Source of the DNA: Eledone cirrhosa
Taxonomy: Eukaryota
Assembly: GCA_964016885.1 (NCBI GenBank)
Contig: OZ024740.1
Location: 13,516,001-13,580,000 of the forward strand
DNA: 64,000 bases
Direction of reading: 5' to 3'
Program-made: the position numbers and the translations under genes
Shown: piece after piece, positions 1-11,200 of the stretch
Numbering within the stretch: the first letter of the stretch is position 1
Layout: each line of letters opens with the position of its first letter
The notes under the pieces: generated by a model
What the model was told of the DNA's origin: nothing
Databases searched by the model: none
The model's input: only the letters and a program-made list of their open reading frames with translations

Positions 1-3000
1 AGTCAGAATGGTTCTGGTAGTCAGAATGGTGTTCTGGTAGTGAGAATGGTTCTGGTAGTCAGAATGGTTCTGGTAGTCAGAATGGTGTTCTGGTAGTCAG
101 CCTGATGTTCTGGTCGACAGACTGGTGTTCTGGTAGTCAGACTGGTGTTCTGGTAGTCAGCCTGATGTTCTGGTAGACAGACTGGTGTTCTGGTAGTCAT
201 AATTGTGTTCTGGTAGTCAGAATGGTGTTCTAGTAGTCAGAATGGTGTTCTGGTAGTCAGAATGGTGTTCTGGTAGTCAGAATCGTGTTCTGGTAGTCAG
301 AATGGTGTTCTGGTAGTCAGAATGGTGTTCTGGTAGTCAGAATGGTGTTCTGGTAGTCAGACTGATGTTCTGGTAGTCAGAATGGTGTTCTGTTAGTCAG
401 AATGGTGTTCTGGTAGTCAGAATGATGTTCTGGTAGTCAAAATGGTGTTCTGGTAGTCAGAATGGTGTTCTGGTAGTCAGAATGGTGTTCTGGTAGTCAA
501 AATGGTGTTCTGGTAGTCAGAATGGTGTTCTGATAGTCAAAATGGTGTTCTGGTAGTCAAAATGGTGTTCTGGTAGTCAGAATGGTGTTCTGGTAGTCAG
601 AATGGTGTTTTGGTAGTCAGAATGGTGTTCTGGTAGTCAAAATGGTGTTCTGGTAGTCAAAATGGTGTTCTGGTAGTCAGACTGGTGTTCTGGTAGTCAG
701 ACTGGTGTTCTAGTAGTCATTATGGTGTTCTGGTAGTCAGAATGGTGTTCTGGTAGTCAGAATGGTGTTCTGGTAATCAGAATGGTGTTCTGGTAGTCAA
801 AATGGTGTTCTGGTAGTCAAAATGGTGTTCTGGTAGTCAGAATGGTGTTCTGGTAGTCAGGCTGATGTTCTGGTCGACAGACTGGTGTTCTGGTAGTCAG
901 ACTGGTGTTCTGGTAGTCAGCCTGATGTTCTGGTAGACAGACTGGTGTTCTGGTAGTCAGCCTGATGTTCTGGTAGTCATATTGGTGTTCTGGTAGTCAG
1001 CCTGATGTTCTGGTAGTCAGAATGGTGTTCTGGTAGTCAGACTGATGTTCTGGTAGTCAGAATTGTGTTCTGGCAGTCAGAATGGTGTTCTATTAGTCAG
1101 AATGGTGTTCTGGTAGTCAGAATGGTGTTCTGGTAGTCAGAATGTTGTTCTGGTAGTCAGAATCGTGTTCTGGTAGTCAGAATGGTGTTCTGGTAGTCAG
1201 AATGGTGTTCTGGTAGTCAGAATGGTATTCTGGTAGTGAGACTGATGTTCTGGTAGTCAGAATGGTGTTCTGGTAGTCCGAATAGTGTCCTGGTAGTCAG
1301 ACTGGTGTTCTGGTAGTCAGACTAGTGTTCTGGTAGTCAGAATGGTGTTCTGGTAGTCAGAATGTTGTTCTGGTAGTCAGACTGGTGTTCTATTAGCCAG
1401 AATGGTGTTCTGGTAGTCAGCCTGATGTTCTGGTAGTCAGAATGTTATTCTGGTAGTCAGACTGGTGTTCTGGTAGTCAGACTGGTGTTCTGGTAGTCAG
1501 AATGGTGTTCTGGTAGTCATAATTGTGTTCTGGTCGTCAGAATGGTGTTCTAGTAGTCAGAATGGTGTTCTGCTAGTCAGAATGTTGTTCTGGTAGTCAG
1601 AATGGTGTTCTGGTAGTCAGAATCGTGTTCTGGTAGTCAGAATGGTGTTCTGGTAGTCAGAATGGTGTTCTGGTAGTCAGAATGGTGTTCTGGTAGTCAG
1701 AATGGTGTTCTGGTAGTCAGACTGATATTCTGGTAGTCAGAATGGTGTTCTGTTAGTCAGAATGGTGTTCTGGTAGTCAGAATGATGTTCTGGTAGTCAA
1801 AATGGTGTTCTGGTAGTCAGAATGGTGTTCTGGTAGTCAGAATGGTGTTCTGGTAGTCAAAATGGTGTTCTGGTAGTCAGAATGGTGTTCTGATAGTCAA
1901 AATGGTGTTCTGGTAGTCAAAATGGTGTTCTGGTAGTCAGAATGGTGTTCTGGTAGTCAGAATGGTGTTTTGGTAGTCAGAATGGTGTTCTGGTAGTCAA
2001 AATGGTGTTCTGGTAGTCAAAATGGTGTTCTGGTAGTCAGACTGGTGTTCTGGTAGTCAGACTGGTGTTCTAGTAGTCATTATGGTGTTCTGGTAGTCAG
2101 AATGGTGTTCTGGTAGTCAGAATGGTGTTCTGGTAGTCAGAATGGTGTTCTGGTAGTCAAAATGGTGTTCTGGTAGTCAAAATGGTGTTCTGGTAGTCAG
2201 AATGGTGTTCTGGTAGTCAGAATGGTGTTCTGGTAGTCAGAATGGTGTTCTGGTAGTCAGAATGGTGTTCTGGTAGTCAGACTGATGTTCTGGTAGTCAG
2301 AATGGTGTTCTGGTAGTCAGAATGGTGTTCTGGTAGTCAAAATGGTGTTCTGGTAGTCAGAATGGTGTTCTGATAGTCAGAATGGTGTTCTGGTAGTCAG
2401 AATGGTGTTCTGGTAGTCAAAATGGTGTTCTGGTAGTCAGAATGGTGTTCTGGTAGTCAGAATGGTGTTCTGGTAGTCAAAATGGTGTTCTGTTAGTCAA
2501 AATGGTGTTCTGGTAGTCAAAATGGTGTTCTGGTAGTCAGAATTGTGTTCTGATAGTCAAAATGGTGTTCTGGTAGTCAAAATGGTGTTCTGGTAGTCAG
2601 AATGGTGTTCTGGTAGTCAGAATGGTGTTCTGGTAGTCAGAATGGTGTTCTGGTAGTCAAAATGGTGTTCTGGTAGTCAAAATGGTGTTCTGGTAGTCAG
2701 AATGGTGTTCTGGTAGTCAGAATGGTGTTCTGGTAGTCAGAATGGTGTTCTGGTATTCAGACTGATGTTCTGGTAGTCAGAATGGTGTTCTGGTAGTCAG
2801 ACTGGTGTTCTGGTAGTCAGAATGGTGTTCTGGTAGTCAGAATGGTGTTCTGGTAGTCAGAATGATGTTCTGGTAGTCAAAATGGTGTTCTGGTAGTCAG
2901 AAAAGTGTTCTAGTAGTCAGAGTGGTGTTCTGGTAGTCAAAATGGTGTTCTGGTAGTCAGAATTGTGTTCTGATAGTCAAAATGGTGTTCTGGTAGTCAA

Positions 3001-5206
3001 AATGGTGTTCTGGTAGTCAGAATGGTGTTCTGGTAGTCAGAATGGTGTTCTGGTAGTCAGAATGGTGTTCTGGTAGTCAGAATGGTGTTCTGGTAGTCAA
3101 AATGGTGTTCTGGTAGTCAGAATGGTGTTCTGGTAGTCAAAATGGTGTTCTGGTAGTCAAAATGGTGTTCTGGTAGTCAGAATGGTGTTCTGGTAGTCAG
3201 AATGGTGTTCTGGTAGTCAGAATGGTGTTCTGGTATTCAGACTGATGTTCTGGTAGTCAGAATGGTGTTCTGGTAGTCAGAATGGCGTTCTGGTAGTCAA
3301 AATGGTTTTATGGTAGTCAGAATGGTGTTCTGGTAGTCAGAATGGTGTTCTGGTAGTCAGAATGGTGTTCTGGTTGTCAGAATGGTGTTCTGGTAGTCAG
3401 ACTGATGTTCTGGTAGTCAGAATGGTGTTCTGTTAGTCAGAATGGTGTTCTGGTAGTCAGAATGATATTCTGGTAGTCAGAATGGTGTTCTGGTAGTCAG
3501 AATGGTGTTCTGGTAGTCAAAATGGTGTTCTGGTAGTCAGAATGGTGTTCTGATAGTCAGAATGGTGTTCTGGTAGTCAGAATGGTGTTCTGGTAGTCAA
3601 AATGGTGTTCTGGTAGTCAGAATGGTGTTCTGGTAGTCAGAATGGTGTTCTGGTAGTCAAAATGGTGTTCTGTTAGTCAAAATGGTGTTCTGGTAGTCAG
3701 AAAGGTGTTCTGGTTGTCAGAATGGTGTTCTGGTAGTCAGAATGGTGTTCTGGCAGTCAGAATGGTGTTCTGGTAGTCAGAATGGTGTTCTGGTAGTCAG
3801 ACTGGTGTTCTGGTAGTCAGAATGGTGTTCTGGTAGTCAGAATGGTGTTCTGGTAGTCAGAATGATGTTCTGGTAGTCAAAATGGTGTTCTGGTAGTCAG
3901 AATAGTGTTCTAGTAGTCAGAGTGGTGTTCTGGTAGTCAAAATGGTGTTCTGGTAGTCAGAATTGTGTTCTGATAGTCAAAATGGTGTTCTGGTAGTCAA
4001 AATGGTGTTCTGGTAGTCAGAATGGTGTTCTGGTAGTCAGAATGGTGTTCTGGTAGTCAGAATGGTGTTCTGGTAGTCAGAATGGTGTTCTGATACTCAA
4101 AATGGTGTTCTGGTAGTCAGAATGGTGTTCTGGTAGTCAAAATGGTGTTCTGGTAGTCAAAATGGTGTTCTGGTAGTCAGAATGGTGTTCTGGTAATCAG
4201 AATGGTGTTCTGGTAGTCAGAATGGTGTTCTGGTATTCAGACTGATGTTCTGGTAGTCAGAATGGTGTTCTGGTAGTCAGAATGGCGTTCTGGTAGTCAA
4301 AATGGTTTTATGGTAGTCAGAATGGTGTTCTGGTAGTCAGAATGGTGTTCTGGTAGTCAGAATGGTGTTTTGATAGTCAGAATGGTGTTCTGGTAGTCAG
4401 ACTAATGTTCTGGTAGTCAGAATGGTGTTCTGGTAGTCAGAATGGTGTTCTGGTAGTCAAAATGGTGTTCTGGTAGTCAGAATGGTGTTCTGATAGTCAA
4501 AATGGTGTTCTGGTAGTCAAAATGGTGTTCTGGTAGTCAGAATGGTGTTCTGGTAGTCAGAATGGTGTTTTGGTAGTCAGAATGGTGTTCTGGTAGTCAA
4601 AATGGTGTTCTGGTAGTCAAAATGGTGTTCTGGTAGTCAGACTGGTGTTCTGGTAGTCAGACTGGTGTTCTAGTAGTCATTATGGTGTTCTGGTAGTCAG
4701 AATGGTGTTCTGGTAGTCAGAATGGTGTTCTGGTAGTCAGAATGGTGTTCTGGTAGTCAAAATGGTGTTCTGGTAGTCAGAATGGTGTTCTGGTAGTCAG
4801 AATGGTGTTCTGGTAGTCAGAATGGTGTTCTGGTAGTCAGAATGGTGTTCTGGTAGTCAGACTGATGTTCTGGTAGTCAGAATGGTGTTCTGGTAGTCAG
4901 AATGGTGTTCTGGTAGTCAAAATGGTGTTCTGGTAGTCAGAATGGTGTTCTGGTAGTCAGAATGGTGTTCTAGTAGTCAGAATGGTGTTCTGGTAGTCAA
5001 AATGGTGTTCTGTTAGTCAGGATGGTGTTCTGGTAGTCAAAATGGTGTTTTGGTACTCAGAATGGTGTTCTGGTAGTCAGAATCGTGTTCTGGTAGTCAG
5101 AATGGTGTTCTGGTAGTCAGAATGGTGTTCTGGTAGACAGGATGGTGTTCTGGTAGTCAGAATGGTGTTCTGGTATACAAAATGGTGTTCTGGTAGTCAA
5201 AATGGT

Positions 5207-8200
5207 GTTCTGGTAGTCAGAATGGTGTTCTGGTAGACAGACTGGTGTTCTGGTAGTCAGACTGGTATTCTGGTAGTCAGACTGGTCTTCTGGTAGTCAG
5301 ACTTGTTCTGATAGTCAGCCTGGTGTTCTGGTAGTCAGAATGGTGTTCTGGTAGTCAGAATGGTGTTCTGGTAGTCAGAACGATGTTCTGGTAGTCAGAC
5401 TGGAGTTTTGGTAGTCAGAATGGTGTTCTGATAGTCAGAATGGTGTTCTGGTAGTCAGAATGGTGTTCTGGTAGTCAAAATGGTGTTCTGGTAGTCAGAA
5501 TGGTGTTCTGGTAGTCAGAATGGTGTTCTGGTAGTCAAAATGGTGTTCTGTTAGTCAAAATGGTGTTCTGGTAGTCAGAAAGGTGTTCTGGTTGTCAGAA
5601 TGGTGTTCTGGTAGTCAGAATGGTGTTCTGGCAGTCTGAATGGTGTTCTGGTCGTCAGAATGGTGTTCTGGTAGTCAGACTGGTGTTCTGGTAGTCAGAA
5701 TGGTGTTCTGGTAGTCAGAATGGTGTTCTGGTAGTCAGAATGATGTTCTGGTAGTCAAAATGGTGTTCTGGTAGTCAGAAAAGTGTTCTAGTAGTCAGAG
5801 TGGTGTTCTGGTAGTCAAAATGGTGTTCTGGTAGTCAGAATTGTGTTCTGATAGTCAAAATGGTGTTCTGGTAGTCAAAATGGTGTTCTGGTAGTCAGAA
5901 TGGTGTTCTGGTAGTCAGAATGGTGTTCTGGTAGTCAGAATGGTGTTCTGGTAGTCAGAATGGTGTTCTGGTAGTCAAAATGGTGTTCTGGTAGTCAGAA
6001 TGGTGTTCAGGTAGTCAAAATGGTGTTCTGGTAGTCAAAATGGTGTTCTGGTAGTCAGAATGGTGTTCTGGTAGTCAGAATGGTGTTCTGGTAGTCAGAA
6101 TGGTGTTCTGGTATTCAGACTGATGTTCTGGTAGTCAGAATGGTGTTCTGGTAGTCAGACTGGTGTTCTGGTAGTCAGAATGGTGTTCTGGTAGTCAGAA
6201 TGATGTTCTGGTAGTCAAAATGGTGTTCTGGTAGTCAGAAAAGTGTTCTGGTAGTCAGAATTGTGTTCTGATAGTCAAAATGGTGTTCTGGTAGTCAGAA
6301 TGGTGTTCTGGTAGTCAGAATGGTGTTCTGGTAGTCAGAATGGTGTTCTGGTAGTCAGAATGGTGTTCTGGTAGTCAAAATGGTGTTCTGGTAGTCAGAA
6401 TGGTGTTCTGGTAGTCAAAATGGTGTTCTGGTAGTCAAAATGGTGTTCTGGTAGTCAGAATGGTGTTCTGGTAGTCAGAATGGTGTTCTGGTAGTCAGAA
6501 TGGTGTTCTGGTATTCAGACTGATGTTCTGGTAGTCAGAATGGTGTTCTGGTAGTCAGAATGGCGTTCTGGTAGTCAAAATGGTTTTATGGTAGTCAGAA
6601 TGGTGTTCTGGTAGTCAGAATGGTGTTCTGGTAGTCAGAATGGTGTTCTGGTAGTCAGAATGGTGTTCTGGTAGTCAGACTGATGTTCTGGTAGTCAGAA
6701 TGGTGTTCTGTTAGTCAGAATGGTGTTGTGGTAGTCAGAATGATGTTCTGATATTCAAAATGGTGTTCTGGTAGTCAGAATGGTGTTCTGGTAGTCAGAA
6801 TGGTGTTCTGGTAGTCAGAATGGTGTTCTGGTAGTCAGAATGGTGTTCTGGTAGTCAGAATGGTGTTCTGGTAGTCAGACTGATGTTCTGGTAGTCAGAA
6901 TGGTGTTCTGGTAGTCAGAATGGTGTTCTGGTAGTCAAAATGGTGTTCTGGTAGTCAGAATGGTGTTCTGATAGTCAGAATGGTGTTCTGGTAGTCAGAA
7001 TGGTGTTCTGGTAGTCAAAATGGTATTCTGGTAGTCAGAATGGTGTTCTGGTAGTCAGAATGGTGTTCTCGTAGTCAAAATGGTGTTCTGTTAGTCAAAA
7101 TGGTGTTCTGGTAGTCAGAAAGTTGTTCTGGTTGTCAGAATGGTGTTCTGGTAGTCAGAATGGTGTTCTGGCAGTCAGAATGGTGTTCTGGTAGTCAGAA
7201 TGGTGTTCTGGTAGTCAGACTGGTGTTCTGGTAGTCAGAATGGTGTTCTGGTAGTCAGAATGGTGTTCTGGTAGTCAGAATGATGTTCTGGTAGTCAAAA
7301 TGGTGTTCTGGTAGTCAGAATAGTGTTCTAGTAGTCAGAGTGGTGTTCTGGTAGTCAAAATGGTGTTCTGGTAGTCAGAATTGTGTTCTGATAGTCAAAA
7401 TGGTGTTCTGGTAGTCAAAATGGTGTTCTGGTAGTCAGAATGGTGTTCTGGTAGTCAGAATGGTGTTCTGGTAGTCAGAATGGTGTTCTGGTAGTCAGAA
7501 TGGTGTTCTGGTAGTCAAAATGGTGTTCTGGTAGTCAGAATGGTGTTCTGGTAGTCAAAATGGTGTTCTGGTAGTCAAAATGGTGTTCTGGTAGTCAGAA
7601 TGGTATTCTGGTAATCAGAATGGTGTTCTGGTAGTCAGAATGGTGTTCTGGTATTCAGACTGATGTTCTGGTAGTCAGAATGGTGTTCTGGTAGTCAGAA
7701 TGGCGTTCTGGTAGTCAAAATGGATTTATGGTAGTCAGAATGGTGTTCTGGTAGTCAGAATGGTGTTTTGATAGTCAGAATGGTGTTCTGGTAGTCAGAC
7801 TGATGTTCTGGTAGTCAGAATGGTGTTCTGTTAGTCAGAATGGTGTTCTGGTAGTCAGAATGATTTTCTGGTAGTCAAAATGGTGTTCTGGTAGTCAGAA
7901 TGGTGTTCTGGTAGTCAGAATGGTGTTCTGGTAGTCAAAATGGTGTTCTGGTAGTCAGAATGGTGTTCTGATAGTCAAAATGGTGTTCTGGTAGTCAAAA
8001 TGGTGTTCTGGTAGTCAGAATGGTGTTCTGGTAGTCAGAATGGTGTTTTGGTAGTCAGAATGGTGTTCTGGTAGTCAAAATGGTGTTCTGGTAGTCAAAA
8101 TGGTGTTCTGTTAGTCAGGATGGTGTTCTGGTAGTCAAAATGGTGTTTTGGTACTCAGAATGGTGTTCTGGTAGTCAGAATCGTGTTCTGGTAGTCAGAA

Positions 8201-11200
8201 TGGTGTTCTGGTAGTCAGAATGGTGTTCTGGTAGACAGGATGGTGTTCTGGTAGTCAGAATGGTGTTCTGGTATACAAAATGGTGTTCTGGTAGTCAAAA
8301 TGGTGTTCTGGTAGTCAGAATGGTGTTCTGGTAGACAGACTGGTGTTCTGGTAGTCAGACTGGTATTCTGGTAGTCAGACTGGTCTTCTGGTAGTCAGAC
8401 TTGTTCTGATAGTCAGACTGGTGTTCTGGTAGTCAGAATGGTGTTCTGGTAGTCAGAATCGTGTTCTGGTAGTCAGAACGGTGTTCTGGTAGTCAGACTG
8501 GAGTTTTGGTATTCAGACTGGTGTTCTGGTAGTCAGATTGGTGTTCTGGTAATCAGAATGGTTCTGGTAGTCAGAATGGTGTTCTGGTAGTGAGAATGGT
8601 TCTGGTAGTCAGAATGGTTCTGGTAGTCAGAATGGTGTTCTGGTAGTCAGCCTGATGTTCTGGTCGACAGACTGGTGTTCTGGTAGTCAGACTGGTGTTC
8701 TGGTAGTCAGCCTGATGTTCTGGTAGACAGACTGGTGTTCTGGTAGTCAGCCTGATGTTCTGGTAGTCATATTGGTGTTCTGGTAGTCAGCCTGATGTTC
8801 TGGTAGTCAGAATGGTGTTCTGGTAGTCAGACTGATGTTCTGGTAGTCAGAATTGTGTTCTGGCAGTCAGAATGGTGTTCTAATAGTCAGAATGGTGTTC
8901 TGGTAGTCAGAATGGTGTTCTGGTAGTCAGAATGTTGTTCTGGTAGTCAGAATCGTGTTCTGGTAGTCAGAATGGTGTTCTGGTAGTCAGAATGGTGTTC
9001 TGGTAGTCAGAATGGTGTTCTGGTAGTCAGACTGATGTTTTGGTAGTCAGAATGGTGTTCTGGTAGTCCGAATAGTGTCCTGGTAGTCAGACTGGTGTTC
9101 TGGTAGTCAGACTAGTGTTCTGGTAGTCAGAATGGTGTTCTGGTAGTCAGAATGTTGTTCTGGTAGTCAGACTGGTGTTCTATTAGTCAGAATGGTGTTC
9201 TGGTAGTCAGCCTGATGTTCTGGTAGTCAGAATATTATTCTGGTAGTCAGACTGGTGTTCTGGTAGTCAGACTGGTGTTCTGGTAGTCAGAATGGTGTTC
9301 TGGTAGTCATAATTGTGTTCTGGTAGTCAGAATGGTGTTCTAGTAGTCAGAATGGTGTTCTGCTAGTCAGAATGGTGTTCTGGTAGTCAGAATGGTGTTC
9401 TGGTAGTCAGAATCGTGTTCTGGTAGTCAGAATGGTGTTCTGGTAGTCAGAATGGTGTTCTGTTAGTCAGAATGGTGTTCTGGTAGTCAGAATGGTGTTC
9501 TGGTAGTCAGACTGATGTTCTGGTAGTCAGAATGGTGTTCTGTTAGTCAGAATGGTGTTCTGGTAGTCAGAATGATGTTCTGGTAGTCAGAATGGTGTTC
9601 TGGTAGTGAAAATGGTGTTCTGGTAGTCAGAATGGTGTTCTGATAGTCAGAATGGTGTTCTGGTAGTCAAAATGGTGTTCTGGTAGTCAGAATGGTGTTC
9701 TGGTAGTCAGAATGGTGTTTTGGTAGTCAGAATGGTGTTCTGGTAGTCACAATGGTGTTCTGGTAGTCAAAATGGTGTTCTGGTAGTCAGACTGGTGTTC
9801 TGGTAGACAGACTGGTGTTCTAGTAGTCATTATGGTGTTCTGGTAGTCAGAATGGTGTTCTGGTAGTCAGAATGGTGTTCTGGTAGTCAGAATGGTGTTC
9901 TGGTAGTCAAAATGGTGTTCTGGTAGTCAAAATGGTGTTCTGGTAGTCAGAATGGTGTTCTGGTAGTCAGAATGGTGTTCTGGTAGTCAGAATGGTGTTC
10001 TGGTAGTCAGAATGGTGTTCTGTTAATCAGACTGATGTTCTGGTAGTCAGAATGGTGTTCTGGTAGTCAGAATGATGTTCTGGTAGTCAAAATGGTGTTC
10101 TGGTAGTCAGAATGGTGTTCTGATAGTCAGAATGGTGTTCTGGTAGTCAGAATGGTGTTCTGGTAGTCAGAATGGTGTTCTGGTAGTCAGAATGGTGTTC
10201 TGGTAGTCAGAATGGTGTTCTGGTAGTCAAAATGGTGTTCTGTTAGTCAAAATGGTGTTCTGGTAGTCAGAAAGGTGTTCTGGTTGTCAGAATGGTGTTC
10301 TGGTAGTCAGAATGGTGTTCTGGCAGTCAGAATGGTGTTCTGGTAGTCAGAATGGTGTTCTGGTAGTCAGACTGGTGTTCTGGTAGTCAGAATGGTGTTC
10401 TGGTAGTCAGAATGGTGTTCTGGTAGTCAGAATGATGTTCTGGTAGTCAAAATGGTGTTCTGGTAGTCAGATTAGTGTTCTAGTAGTCAGAGTGGTGTTC
10501 TGGTAGTCAAAATGGTGTTCTGGTAGTCAGAATTGTGTTCTGGTAGTCAAAATGGTGTTCTGGTAGTCAGAATGGTGTTCTGGTAGTCAGAATGGTGTTC
10601 TGGTAGTCAGAATGGTGTTCTGGTAGTCAGAATGGTGTTCTGGTAGTCAGAATGGTGTTCTGGTAGTCAAAATGGTGTTCTGGTAGTCAAAATGGTGTTC
10701 TGGTAGTCAGAATGGTGTTCTGGTAGTCAGAATGGTGTTCTGGTAGTCAGAATGGTGTTCTGGTAGTCAGAATGGTGTTCTGGTAGTCAGAATGGCGTTC
10801 TGGTAGTCAAAATGGTTTTATGGTAGTCAGAATGGTGTTCTGGTAGTCAGAATGGTGTTCTGGTAGTCAGAATGGTGTTCTGGTAGTCAAAATGGTGTTC
10901 TGGTAGTCAGAATGGTGTTCTGGTAGTCAGAATGGTGTTCTGGTAGTCAGAATGGTGTTCTAGTAGTCAAAATGGTGTTCTGGTAGTCATAATGGTGTTC
11001 TGGTAGTCAGAATGGTGTTCTGGTAGTCAGAATGGTGTTCTGGTAGTCAGAATGGTGTTCTGGTAGTCAGAATGGTGTTCTGGTAGTCAGAATGGTGTTC
11101 TGGTAGTCAGAATGGCGTTCTGGTAGTCAAAATGGTTTTATGGTAGTCAGAATGGTGTTCTGGTAGTCAGAATGGTGTTCTGGTAGTCAGAATGGTGTTC

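Noticed and set aside
240-246. Relationship to human satellite II/III (CATTC/GAATG)
   Set aside because: Only one GAATGG per 20 bp and no pentamer periodicity, so chance-level similarity.
240-252. Steroid-receptor half-site TGTTCT, heat-shock element (GAAnnTTC) or STAT site (TTCnnnGAA)
   Set aside because: The second GRE half-site does not match (TCAGAA vs AGAACA). GAA-TTC spacing is 5 (3 in 18-mers) rather than 2, and TTC-GAA spacing is 9.
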